A DNA stretch of 64,000 nt from assembly GCF_009914755.1 (NCBI RefSeq), contig NC_060942.1; one strand, 5' to 3'. This stretch comes from the human T2T-CHM13v2.0 reference genome, Homo sapiens. Numbering within the stretch: position 1 is the stretch's first letter; every line of letters starts with the position of its first letter. This document shows positions 12,801 through 26,035 of the stretch, piece by piece. A program made the translations under genes and the position numbers. The notes under the pieces were generated by a model. The model was not told the DNA's origin and searched no databases. It saw only the letters and a list, made by a program, of their open reading frames with translations.

Positions 12801-15340
12801 ATGTCTCCAATTTCATTTCTAATTGAGCTTATTTAAATTTTCTCTCTTCTTTTCTGGGTTAATCTAGCTAATGGTCTATCAATTTTGCTTACTCTTTTCA
12901 GAGAACCAAATTTTTGTTTCATCCATCTTTTTTATTTTTTTAAATTTTAATTTCATTTAATTCTTCTCTGATCTTTGTTATATCTTTGATTCTGCTGCCT
13001 TGGGTTTGGTTTGTTGTTTCTCTAGTTCCTTGAAGTGTACCATTATGTTGCCAATATGTTATATTACAGATTTTCTGATGTAGGCTTTTAGCACTATAAA
13101 CATTCCCCTTAGCACTGCTTTTGCCGTATCCCAGACATTTTGATAACTTTTGTCTTTATTATCATTCATTGTGAAGAATTTTAAAATTTCAATATTGGTT
13201 TCATTGCAAACCCAAAAATCATTCAGGAGCAGATTGTTTGATTTCCATGTATTTCTATAGTCTGACAAGATACTTGATATTATTTTGATTTTTGAAAACT
13301 TACTGAGACTCATTTTGTGGCCTATCATATCGTCTACCTTGGAGAATGCTCCATGTGCAGATGAGAAGAATGTACATTCTGCAGTTCTTGGGTAGAATGT
13401 AGTGTAAATATGTTAGGTCCATTTGTTCTAGAGTGTAGTTTAACTCCATTGTTTCTTTGTTGACTTTCTGTCTTGATGATCTGTCTAGTGTTGTCAGTAG
13501 AGTGTTGAAGTCTCCTTCTATCATTGTATTGCTGTGTATCTCATTTATTTGGTCCAGGAGTAATTGTTTTACAAGTCTGGGAGTTCCAGAGTTAGGTGCA
13601 TATAAATTTAGAATTGTAATATCTTCTAGTTGGATTGATCATTTTATCATTATATATTGAGCTTCATTGTCTTTTTTTTTTAACTGTTGTTGCTTTAAAG
13701 TCTGTTTTATATGATATAAAAATAGCTTCTCCTGCTCACTTTTGGTTTCCATTTGCATGGAATATCTTTTTCCACCCCTTTACTTTGAGTTTATATGTAT
13801 CTTTACATGCTAGGTGAGTCTAGTGGAGGCAGCAAATACTTAGTTTATGATTTTTAAATCCATTCTGCCAATCTATATCTTTTAAGTGGAGCACTTAGGC
13901 CATTTACATTCAACATTAATATTTAGATGTGAGGTATTATTCCAGTCATTATGTTAAATGCTACCTAGATATTTTATTTTCTTCGTTTTTTATTGTTTTA
14001 TAGGTCCTGTAAGTTTTTATGCTTTCAAGAGGTTCTATTCTGGTGCACATCAACCTTTTGTTTCAGGATTTAGAACTCCTTTTATTTATTGCAGGGATGG
14101 TCTGGTAGTAACAAATTCCCTAAGCAGAACTGATGCTTTGTCTCACTGCTCTTAAAATTCTTTCCTTTAATGGACTGTAGATAGCCTGATAACTACATGC
14201 CTTTGTGATGTCCTTTTTGTAATAAATCTCCTAGGATTTCTTTGAGGATCTTGTATTTGGATATCTAAATCTCTAGCAAGGCCAGGGAAGATGTCCTCAA
14301 TTGGAAAAATAAGTTTTAAAACATTTTTGCTTTCTCTTCTCTCTCAGAACACCAGATATTCTTGATTTGGCCATTTTACATAATCTCATATTTTTTGGAG
14401 ACTTTGTGCATCTATTATTTCTTTTTTCTTTATTTTCATCTATATTAATTTGAAAGCCTTGTCTTCGAGCTCTGAAATTCATTTTTCTACTTGGTGTAGT
14501 CTATCGTTAAAATTTTCCATTGTATTTTGTAATTCCCTAAATGTGTCTTTCATTTCCAGAAGTGTGGATTGTCTTTTCTTTAAAATATTTATCTCTTCAG
14601 AAAATCTGTCATTCTTATCCTGAATTTTTTTTTATTTCTTTATGTTGGTTTTCACCTTCCTCTTGTATCTCCTTGAGTAGCTTAATAATTAATCTTTAGA
14701 ATTCTTGATTTGGTATTAAAATATTTCATCTTGGTTTGGATCCTTTGCTGGAGAGTTAGTATGATTTTTTGAGAGGTGTTATAGAATGCTGTTTTGTCAT
14801 TACTATAATTATTTTTCTGGTTGCTTCTCACTTGGGTAGACTATTTGTCCTAATTATTCTTGAATTTGTTTTTCATTTGACTGTGAGGTGTTTTTTTTTT
14901 GTTGTTGTTTGTTTGATTGATTTCTTTTTCCCCCTTAAGGATGTGGCTTCAACGCTTATTGTTTATTGTAACCTAATTCAGCTCCTGGTGATTTCAAGGG
15001 TACAGACTCTGTGAGGGTTCTTTAGTTATAGAGTCTTTGTATGATGGCTTTTTCAGACGCTGGTTCTAGGAGCAGTATGTATGTTGTGTGAATAAGTTCA
15101 CTGTCTCCTATGGGGTTGGAATGGCAGAGGTTTCTTGAAGCTTATCTCATTCCCCTGTGGTGTGCATTTATTTATTTTTTTTCCCTAATATTTTATTTAC
15201 TGGGTTAAATAGTTCAGGCTTTAGGCCAGTAAGCAAAGTGTCCCTAGGTAGAAACCAGTTGTGGCTAAAGCAGGTGGGTAAATGCAATACCCAATGGTAG
15301 GCAGAGGTCACAGCTTTGACAGAGGTGGCTGGAAGATCTC
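9863..15340 (-). mobile_element. Decayed L1PB-family element (3' UTR, ORF2, ORF1, part of 5' UTR) with internal deletions
   Basis: PB-type 3' end tttcaatagcttttggggtaca...ggataagttgtatagtggtgaag; minus-strand ORF2 peptides [58 protein letters not shown]; many stops and frameshifts. Confidence 0.93.
11195..11274. mobile_element. MADE1 (Hsmar1-derived mariner MITE) nested in L1PB
   Basis: 80-bp near-palindrome taggttgatacataagtaattgtgt...acacaattacttgtgcatcaacttga resembling the MADE1 inverted repeats; L1 sequence resumes on both sides. Confidence 0.88.
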
Positions 15341-17447
15341 TAAGTTATATATATTTTTACAAAAGCTTTGTGTAACTCACAATACCATTAGTGACATGAA
15401 AGATTATATTTTAAATATGGATAATACAGAGATTTACACAATTAATGTATGCTGGTTTGACATTTTACTAAACTCAAGGAACCTTGATACTTTTTAATAA
15501 CTTGAAGATTTTACTCTATATTTTAAAGTACACTTATAAATTAGATATAACAATTTTAATAAAATTTCAATAAATATTATCAGAACATTGGGGTCTTTTG
15601 GTTGAAAAAGATACAAATTCCCAAAAGCAGATTCTGACTTTCTCATTAGTCAATGAACAAACTGTGGCTTTTATTGCTAAAACTGACCACTCTGTACATA
15701 ATTCAGTATATGTGTATTTATGTATCCATCATTTGATAAACATTTATTAGTGTCAATAGTAGTACTAGATATGCTTCTTAACCTGTGTAAGAATTTCACA
15801 GTCACAATTGAACAAATTCACAGATTTCACAATTTGAAAAGGCAAATCGAACAAAGATAACTGGTAACAGAAGTCAATAAATGATATATTTGAGACATAC
15901 ATACTGGATTTGGGAGTGCATACACTTAAACCTGTTTCTAGGGGATTTGGAGGAAAACCATAGAATCAGAGAGTATGAGTGATGATTTATCAAAACCGGA
16001 GTCATAAATATCTGAGTTCATAAATAATATCAAAGTACAGAACAGAATAGAATATCTGAAATGTATTCAAACAACTGTAATCACAGCAAACAGAGGAGGC
16101 AAAAAATGATGACTTTCAAGATGGTAGAGGGAAGAGAAGTAAAATAGAAAGCCATCGAAATACAGCTATGTGCCAATTTCCGTATGTACTGTATCTCATT
16201 GAAACTTCTCACCAACCTGTGAGGTCAGAAACAGTAAATTATTTGCTCATGCAGCTAATAATAGTTTAGAATAGATATTAAATATTTGGCTTCAAAATAA
16301 AGTTTATTTTTATAATGTCATTTTTCATCCAATAAACATGCAAACAATTAACTAAAAAAATTTAGTTAGAAATACTACAGAGATAAGGAGAAGAGAATAC
16401 AAGAAAAAGCCCCAGGCTAATCCTGAGCCTTTCCATCTCATCCTCAATTGCCTCATCTCATTCCTTTGAGCTCCAGTTTTGACCCCACAAGTTTAATGAT
16501 GATAATTAAGAGATTTCTGTCTTAGTAGTTTTTTGAGAGATGAAAGCATCACAATTCTTTGCAAGATAGAAAATCATCACTAGAAGATTCAAAGGAGGAA
16601 ATTGATAGAGTATACTAGTGTGGAAAAGATTTTAAAATGAAATAAAGTCTAAATGCATTATTAAAAGACAAAAAGTTAAAGTCCCAATAGAGAAATATTT
16701 TCAAGCATATGTATGAGTTAGATACCTTCAAATTAATTATGTGTCGTATCATCAGGAAGTATTCTAGGAGAAGTAAACCTTTTAAAACATATTCTTTTAT
16801 TCCTGCCTTTTCTGCAAAACTCTTGCTTTTTCTGTGGCAAAACTGTAATTCATGCTCTAGTGAGTCTCTTCTTCAGCAATATTAGGTAGTGACTTTCACA
16901 TGGAGAGCTCAAAATGTCTTTAGAAATTTTATTGCATTAATTTTCACATCCCTGTAAGGCAGGTGGAAAGAATTACTGTACTCATCAAATTAATTGTCAA
17001 ACTAGGACACTAAATGATTGCAAGGACCTTTGAGTAATATTAAAGATATTCGATTTGATTCCACTACCACTTTTAACTTTATAATTTTATATTGACTATT
17101 TTATACCATCAAGCCTGTTGAGTGAAAAAATTCAAAATTTCTGCTAATCACTGTTCTTTTTCCCTCCTTCCACAATTCCATTGATTCCATTATTTTTTCG
17201 GGTCATTAACTTATCCAGTTCTACAACCTCCACCCTCATAATCTCATACCTAAACTGTCCTAACAATCTCCTAGCTAACGAATGTCGTGATAGTCTCTAA
17301 TTCAAATCTTTCTAAATACATAGACAAATTAAACTTTCCCCAAAGAACTGCATTAAGAATTTTACTTTCCTATGTATACATACTTCCAGTAAATAATTAG
17401 AACTTTAGAAATTCCTTTCTCTGATCCTAATCTACTTTTCCAAACAG

Positions 17448-18081
17448 TGATACAGCTCCGGTGAGTGGAGGAACACCAGGGCTTTTGTCTCTCACGAATT
17501 GGATAAAATGACACGGACACACATGGAGTGGTTTTAAGGAGTGGAGAGTTTAATAGGCAAGACAGAAGGGAGAAGAAAGGAAGAAGCTCCCCTGTACACA
17601 GACAGAGGCAGGAGGGCTCCAAAGTGGAAAGAGGAAATCGCTAGTACAGGTAAAGGTGACTGCTTCTATGAAGAGGATGGAGGAGGTGGTGTCTGATTTG
17701 CATAGGGCTCAGGAGATTGGTTTGACCAGGCATGTCACTCAGGTAGCCCATAAAAAAACTGGCCCTCTCACAGTAGCCTTTTAATATGCAAATGAAGGGC
17801 GCCATGTTGTCCTACACCTGTGGGGACATGTGGGGGCAGCCATGTTGCCAGGCACACATGAGGGCAAGGGCAAGAGGAAGAGGGCGGAAATCGCCATATT
17901 TGGGCGGACCCAGTTTCTAATGGTCTGCATTTGCATGTCAAAGGTTGCCGGCCAGTCTCTAAGAACTAGGGTTTTCCTGCAAAACAGAAACGTTTCCGGA
18001 GCTGCTTTAAAAGAAACAACTTTCCAAGGACCCCTTTTCCTCTCTATCTGCCTAAAGTAATTTCTTAATCACTCCTAAACA
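17448..18081 (-). mobile_element. ERV1 solo LTR, LTR9B-like
   Basis: TG...CA ends and perfect 4-bp TSD acag (17444-17447, 18082-18085); minus strand reads aagaaattactttaggcagatagagaggaaaaggggtccttggaaag; three octamer motifs. Confidence 0.8.
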
Positions 18082-18404
18082 ACAGTACTGTCATATTGTG
18101 CAGGTCTTTAATTTACAGTAACTCTTGAATTCCATGAAAAAAGAAAAAAAAAGGAATATTATAGCCCTGGGAAAAGCCCTTTTGCCTTCTAGTGATTATG
18201 ATGAGGTGACTTACATATACCCAATCCTCGGTGTTCTCAGATCTGTTGTGTTTCACAAGGCAAAATCATATCTTAATAGAAAATAAGCATTCAAAGTTTT
18301 AATAAGCATACTATTTGTAGAACATATCTCTTCGGCTTATGCCAGTCTTTTTTTTTTAAGTTCAACTGAAGAAATAGTTGTCGAGGCTCGTTTGCTTTAA
18401 TTAA

Positions 18405-19610
18405 GTTTTAATTGTAGAATAGTTTTAGATTTACAGAAATGTGAAGATAGTAGAGAGTTTTCATATACTCCACACATCTCCCCTCACAGTTTCTACTATT
18501 GTTAACTCTGGAGCATCCACAGCTTAATTGGAGTTTCAGTGCCAGACCGACTAACAGTCCGGCCCTAACAGGAAATGAAGGGGAACTGGAGGTGGGTGTT
18601 TGCAGTGTGCCTCTTATGCAACACATGTTTTACCTGGCAGATGGCCTGATAACTAGTTGTCTGACCCACAGCCAGGGGGTCGCTGAGACAGGAAATTTGT
18701 TTCTATTGGCAGACACCCTTTTGGCTCTTCTCTGACCTGTGTGCGGTTTTTGCTTGCCTGCCCATTGTTCTGTTGCTGGGAGCCTGACTGTTTTTTCTCT
18801 CCTGGCATCATGGGGAAATCTAGCCTGGAGTAGCCCCTGGTTCTTCACATGAAAGGCACATATTGAATACAGCGCCACAGTAGGAAATGAGTTCAAAGAT
18901 CTTTTAAGGTACAGATTCTAGGCAAGGAGAGAGAGGGAAACGAGGTGGGGGTCAGGGAGAGGAGCAAATAGCAGTATATATAAGGAATAGGGTGTGGGTC
19001 ACTTTAAGTTCATAAGCAAATACCTAAATGGTCTGCTTAAAAGAAGAGGCAGGAAAGTAGGGAGCCCAGTCAGCCAGGCGGAACAGATGCCTCTAAGTTC
19101 TTATCTGTGGCCACTCTGGCCACTGGCTTGAGCCATTTGGATATGATATAGAACTGGAAACTGTGTCAAGGGTGACTGAGCTCTGCTTCTGTATGAGAAA
19201 GTTAAGCTTTTATTTAAAATAGATGCCAAGGAAGTATAAACTTATAAGAATTTAATAAAATAACATCTTACAGAAGTGTGGTATTTTTGTCACAATTAAT
19301 GAACCAATATTGGTAGATTATATTAATCAAAATTTATACTGCATTCAGATTTCCTTAGTTCCTACCCAATGTTCTTTTATTGGCCCAGTATCCTACCCAA
19401 AATAATATATTTGGTTGTCACGCCTCCTGGGTTGTTCCACCTACTTGAGGGACAAGTATCTGTATAAACTATTTGAAATTCTTCTGCAGGAGAGATTTGT
19501 CCATTCTCTGTCATTTAATTATTTGTTCAATCATTTATTTATAACATAATGGATTCAATCGCGACATCTTCTTTATGTTTGGGGTTATAATCCAATACAA
19601 TATAATCTGA
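18405..19610 (-). mobile_element. Old L1M (MC/MD-like) 3' fragment, split by an LTR
   Basis: ttttagatttacagaaatgtgaagatagtagagag...tattgttaac stops at 18506 and resumes as taacatcttacag...aatgaaccaatattg...cagatttccttag at about 19261. Confidence 0.7.
18507..19259 (-). mobile_element. ERVL-class solo LTR (MER73/MER54/MER74-like; family uncertain)
   Basis: About 750-bp insert interrupting the L1M, with near 5-bp TSD ttaac/ataac; minus strand has ttctcatacagaagcagagctcagtcacccttgacacagtttccagttct. Confidence 0.6.
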
Positions 19611-19987
19611 TATATTCAAGGGCAACTTTTGATGTGAAATATTTGCCTCATGCAATAGTAGATGCCTAATCTTAGTACAAGGTGAAACTACATGGTATTT
19701 TAAAGTAATTATGTTGAAACTCCCACTTTAAGCCACACTGTTTAGCACGTTTTGTTTCAGAAATACAGTAAAAAAAAAAAGTTGGCTCATAAGGAGAGTA
19801 TTATAGGTTAATTTAACTCATTTTATTTATTTATGTGTAGGTGAATAATTACATACAATATAAAAATGTAGTACTTTTGCAAATAAAAATTTAAAGAAAT
19901 TGTCTTTTGTTTAAATAAAAGTAGCTGTGAAATGTAACAATTATTCTAAAATTATACTCTCAATCATATAATATTTATTTGAAGTAA

Positions 19988-20165
19988 TTTGCAAACTATA
20001 GTGTGCATAATAATTTCCTGAGTTTGTTGACAAACATCTATTTCTGATTCCCACCCTCAAATATTTTGTTAGGAAATGTCAAGCGTGGCGCTCACAATAC
20101 ACAATTTAAAAAGCATTCCATGGAATCCAGATGATAATTTTCAGTATTTCCTCTTCCAGAAGTGC
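19988..20165. mobile_element. Possible MER5-like hAT DNA transposon remnant
   Basis: caaactatagtgtgcataataatttcctgag...ttctgattcccaccctcaaatatt...aaaaagcattccatggaatccagatg resembles MER5; highly diverged. Confidence 0.4.
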
Positions 20166-20627
20166 TATTGTGGGGAAAGAGACCCATTCTTCTAGGGATA
20201 GAATATCCCAAGACCCACATCTGCATAGTAGCATGTCAGATAACTAGCTGGATACTTTTGGCAATGTGACTAAGTTCTCTCCATCTAAATGAAAGTATAA
20301 ATTAAATATGCAAATTTTTGCCACTTCTTTAACAAGTAAGCTCCTTTTCGCCCACTTCACAGTCTGTAACATGGTTATGCTGCTGGTGAGTCACATTTAA
20401 CCAAGTAGACAAAAATAAATAAATAAATGGGGAGTATTAGCAGAAAAGTAGATCACCCTGGATATCCCGGACCACTTGCCTTCCTCTGGGCTGATATGCG
20501 TCTCCATACTTTTGCCCTCTTTGTTATGGCAGCATAGCTTATACTTCAATAAAAATGTTTTTGAGGAATCGGATCAAATCCTGCCAATACTCATATAATG
20601 CATATTTACTAATACTTTAGTTTTAAA

Positions 20628-20758
20628 TATGGTAAGCACATGTCCCAGTTGGTCTTAGACTGCCTGTTTTATATCTGTAGTTGGACCTAATTATTGTTCA
20701 TGCCTTTTTTCACTCTCAAAAATAGCCTTGTTTAAATGATAAATGATATGACACTCTA
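20628..20758 (-). mobile_element. MER94-like hAT-Blackjack MITE
   Basis: About 131 bp with degenerate inverted ends tatggtaagca...tgacactcta and internal ttcactctcaaaa / gataaatgatatg; ttttaa on both flanks. Confidence 0.7.
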
Positions 20759-21771
20759 TTTTAAGGGACTTGGCTTGCTCAATAATATATCAGAATTCTA
20801 AAAAGTTTCTACTCAAAATTAAATTCAGATTCATACACAGTTCAAATTCATGGTGATCATACAAACTTTAAGCACAAAGAACACTTTACATGAATGTTAT
20901 TGTACAATTATGTATATGTAATATTATAATTGGTGTTTGATTAGAAGTGAAAAGTAGGCAAAATAAGGCTGGAATAATTTTTTTTAATTTCTGTTTAAAT
21001 CATTTTACAGCCTCTCGAATCTCCTCTGGCACCTAAAAATAATGAGCCAGGAATTCTACAGGCCATTGGCAAGTGCTTATCGACTCTTCAGAATTTCTGA
21101 ATAAGCAGAATGATTAATTCATTTAAATTTATTGCCCAGGAAATATCAGAGGTGGCAGATGCTTTTCTCAATAGTGATTTACATTGAGAAGAAAATGAAA
21201 ATCCTGGCCGTCTTAATTAGGTGAATGCACCACTAAATCTAGACTCTTCTGCTGCAATTTTATGAAGAAGCAGAAGTGTTCTTCCCTTGTTTTTTTGTTT
21301 TTGTTTGTTTGTTTCTATTTGCTGGTATAAATTTTTGCCAGTACTTTTTCTATCCTTTATGGGGTGGAAGTCCCTAAAGATTGCTGCCTTGGAAATGATT
21401 AATCTCTAGTCATTAAAGCTCTCAACTGACATTGCAGAAAAGCTATCAGAATCTCTTCATTAGCCTTGAGATCGAAAGCTTTAGATAAGCACAAGTAAAC
21501 TTGGATTCTAAAACCATCCTCAGAGTATATTAACAAGAAAAGATTTTACAGCAACTCAGGACTAATACTTCTTTATTCAGATGCTGTTCTATTACATGGA
21601 TTTTGCAGAACTATATAATCTGCCTTAATAATAATAAAAAAACTGTTAATGTAAGCTTGGGAATATTACACAACAGGAACTTGTCATCAGTAACTTCTTC
21701 CTGTCTTTTTTTAGTAATTGAAAGAGATGTGGTTTTAAGAGCTATACCATGTTGATTCATTCTTCTTATTT

Positions 21772-22055
21772 ACTTATTTTATTTCCTTTTTGAGACAGAG
21801 TCTCGCTCTGTCACATAGGCTGGAGCGCAGTGGTGCAATCTCGGCTCACTGCAACCTCTGCCTCTGGGTTCAAGCAATTCTCCTGCCTCAGCCTACCGAG
21901 TAGCTGGGACTACAGGCACGTGCTACCACACCTGGCTAATTTTTTGTGCTTTTAGTAGAGATGGGGTTTCACCACATTAGCCAGGATGGTCTTGGTCTCC
22001 TGACCTCTTGATCCGCCCGCCTCGGCCTCCCAAAGTACTGGGATTACAGGCATGA
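21772..22055 (-). mobile_element. Alu, AluSc-like, about 15 bp 5'-truncated
   Basis: Antisense Alu; TSD cattcttcttattt at 21758-21771 and 22056-22069. Confidence 0.93.
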
Positions 22056-22113
22056 CATTCTTCTTATTTTATAATTCTCACTCAATCTAACAAAAAGTAA
22101 ATCCTAGGACTTA

Positions 22114-22223
22114 GTAATCCCAGCTCCTCAGGAGGCTGAGGTAGGAGAATCACTTGAACCCAGGAGGCGGAGGCTCATTTGAAACTCCATCTCAAAATAA
22201 TAATAATAATAATAATAATAATT
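22114..22223 (+). mobile_element. Alu right-arm fragment with internal deletion and (TAA)n tail
   Basis: gtaatcccagctcctcaggaggctgagg...ggaggcggagg jumps to gaaactccatctcaaaataataataat. Confidence 0.85.
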
Positions 22224-23434
22224 TTCGTTTAAATCACTACATTTCAGCCTTCATTTTAATTTTTTTATAAATTAATTTTTTTCTTAGGATTATTGTTTTT
22301 TTCTGTAACATGTTATATCAGTGCCAGTGCTCTCACATAAGTGCACCTATCCTACTAAGCTAAATTTGAGACATTGAATTATTATTATAGGGCTCTATAA
22401 TTATAGTCCTTAAGATTCTTTTTAAATATAACTACATAAATATTGTGCACTTTCAACTGAGCTATGTTTTCACAAATTAAATCAAATAAGGTGTCTAAAA
22501 TGTGACAGACTAATAGTCCATAAAATTTTCATTGGTTTATTCCACATGTATTATTACCCCCAATTTCAACATCCAGCTTTTCATTTCCTCTTCTTATATG
22601 AATTGGAGAAACCACAGTAACTTTATACCCAACTACTATTCTATTTCCCAAATATGATATTCTATCACAACAAAGAGAAAGAAAAAGGACTGACTAATTT
22701 TACTTCTACTCATTTTTATTTCTCATTAGGCTTCTAGCCCTGATTTATTTTAAAATCAAAATAAATTGTGTCAGTAGTTATTCTAGAGACTCTTTATAGT
22801 TGCCTTAAAATAATTCACTTCTACGAAGTTCTATTCTCAATTCAATTTTATAGTAAAGTGAGTATTAGAAAAATAAAAACTAGAAAATTATTCAAAGTCA
22901 TAAATAGTAAAATACATATATCACTTATTTTTCAAAGTAATTAAACATTTTTACTGGGTACTTCCTAGTGCAAGGATTTGGAAACTCCCTGAACAAAGAC
23001 TATTAATGCAGCAAGATGTCTTTAGAGAATGGTAAGTGGTCAACAAGGCTAGACCTTGGCAGTGAATTAGTAGATGTAGGGAAGACAAGTTGGAACGGGA
23101 TATGGGTGGCTTTTAGTTTTCATAATAAGGTGCCTGGATGTAATTTGAGTGAATATTCCAAACTGTTTGAGCAAGTTATGAATATTGTCAGAGATGTAAC
23201 ATGTGTTTGAAGGTGCAAGAAATCTTGGAATTCACTGATCCAGAAGAAGGTAAGGTAGAGTAATTGATGAGCCGACTAATTCACAGCTAATTAGTAACAC
23301 ATTTCTATTTCATCTAAAGTGCCTAACACAGGGTGGATATGCTACATACATCAAATCAATATTTTTAATTAAATATTTTTTTTCAAAACATATTTTCTCA
23401 AACCTTCCTTCCCATTTCAAATTTGGATGATACC

Positions 23435-23930
23435 TTTTTTATTATGGGAAAATATACATAACAGGCAATTTAGCATTTTAACCATTTTAAAGAGTATAAA
23501 CTGTGGCATTAAGGACACATTGTTGTGCAATCATCACCACCATCCATCTCCAGAAGCTTTTTAGCCTGTCAAACTGAAACTCTATGCCCATAAAGCCATA
23601 ATTCCAATTTCCTTGTCCCCCAAGACCCCGGAAACCACTATTATATTCTCTGCCTCTATGAGTTTGAGTACTCCAGAAATCTCGTATCATTTTTCCTTTT
23701 GTGTCAGACTTATTTTGGTTCGCATAATGTCATCAAGTTTCCCCATGTTTCATGTGCCAGATATTTTTTAAGACTGAATAATATTATTACATTGTGTGAA
23801 TACACCATGTTTTGTTTATCCATTCACCTCCTATGAACACTTGAGTTATTTACATCTCTTGTCTACTATAAATAATACTTCTATGGGCATGGGTGTGCAA
23901 ATATTTTTTTGGGGCCTTGATTTTGATTCT
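23435..23930 (-). mobile_element. L1MB-like 3' fragment
   Basis: aaaatatacataac...ttttaaccattttaaag...ttgttgtgcaatcatcaccaccatccatctccagaa...ttttgtttatccattca. Confidence 0.8.
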
Positions 23931-25650
23931 TCTTATCTCATTTTGCTTATTATAATCTTTGATAATCTTAGTTCATATGTCTCTCCAGAAACATGAAATC
24001 TTCACTGTAACTATAAACTTTATCATAACTATCAGCCCTGTGAAGACTGTTTTAAACATTGCAGTAGATTCCTAGACTGCCACAAACCTTACATAATGAT
24101 TAATACCCATGTCATTCACCAGCACACATTACATTAACTTCTGTAGGCAAAGTTGCATAGACATCAGATGGACAGATATGAACCAACATGTAGAACTATT
24201 GTCAATGTGAATACACTAAACTATCCTTGAATATCATATTTAGTAATTAATCCAGGCATCCATTAATGAAACTGTGGTTTAGCAGGTTCACGTTCCATGG
24301 AATACCAGTGGAAGATAAACTGAAAGGTTCCAGTAGATAAATTGCCTATCATCCTTCCTCTTCGTGATCAAATGTTCTTATTCACAGTGATTCCAGAAGT
24401 CTCTCTATAAATGTCTCCAATTTCCACTCAATCAGCAACGATTTCCTGAGAAGCTGTAGGCAGCTCTGCAATATGTTACCTTGCATTTGTTTCCCTCCTT
24501 TTTGGAATCACTTCCCTTTTCTCATCACTCTAAAAGCCAGGAAAGGAGCTGTTATGGCCTTCAAGCCAGTTTTCAATAAAAATCAAACATCCTATTCAGG
24601 AGATTTGCTTTATAGGTCTACCCTGGTACCTGAATTCTTGAAAAACAGAGTCACGAATAAAACTTTATTTGAGAAATTTATTACACATTTTGTTTTTCTT
24701 GTTACCAAAATAAGGACATTTATCTTAATACACATTTTTCTTAGATGTCTCCAGTGGTTTCCACTACTTTGAGATTCAAAGCCTGTACTCTCTCTAATGC
24801 ATATTCTGTGTTCTTTTGATTTTTTTCAGGATTCAAAGACTTGGGAATGGCTTACATTTTTCTAGCAACACAGGCACTGAATTATTTTCTGGAATGAATC
24901 ATCTAATTTTCCACTATACAACTCTTAAGATACATGTGTTGTATATTAGCTTCACTTTCTAAAGGCTCACTCATTTTTGTGTGCAACAGTCCTTGAAGAA
25001 TGTTCAAAATGATGTGGATTTTACACTACTATCTTGTTTGGTACTCTTATATTCTTTAAACAATCTATAACTCTTGATTTTTCAAGTCTCTGCCTTTCAG
25101 GTTTTGGTAAGAAGCATAAATCTTCTGCTACTGTTTGTAGAGAAGTTCAGCTTTGCAGATTCCTTTCCATCTCCGAACTAAGCCTTCTAGATATTCTCTG
25201 CTAACCAATAGGTCATCTATTTACAGTGTAACTCCATTGAAGAAGGGGAAGCAATTTTTAAATTTCTGTATTCCTTTTTTCCTTTTAAATTTTAAGCAAG
25301 TTTAGAATGACTAGAAAAGATATTGCTTTCATGGTGGTTTTCCATGTACTCCCTTTGTAATAAAGCAGAATTGGGTGTACTCAGTTTTCGTACAAATAAT
25401 AGTATTCTTCCCTAGACATGCATGGTTATAACTGGTGTGGTAATTTTGACCTCTGTGTGATTCTTTTTCAGTTACCTAGATTTTCTCTCAACACACCTAG
25501 TCAACCACTATAGTTCCAAGAAAGAAAGAAGGTAGTGGTATGTTATCTAGTAAAGGAGAAGGAAATGACGAAGTGGAAGATCCATACAGGGAGAGGAAGG
25601 CGAAATCTCAGGCAGGCAGGTGGTAAGGTTTTGCCTTAACAAGAATTCCT

Positions 25651-26035
<385 letters not shown>

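Noticed and set aside
9863-15340. Retrotransposition-competent L1 (also 38071-44153)
   Set aside because: Numerous stops, frameshifts, deletions and a nested insertion; old subfamilies.
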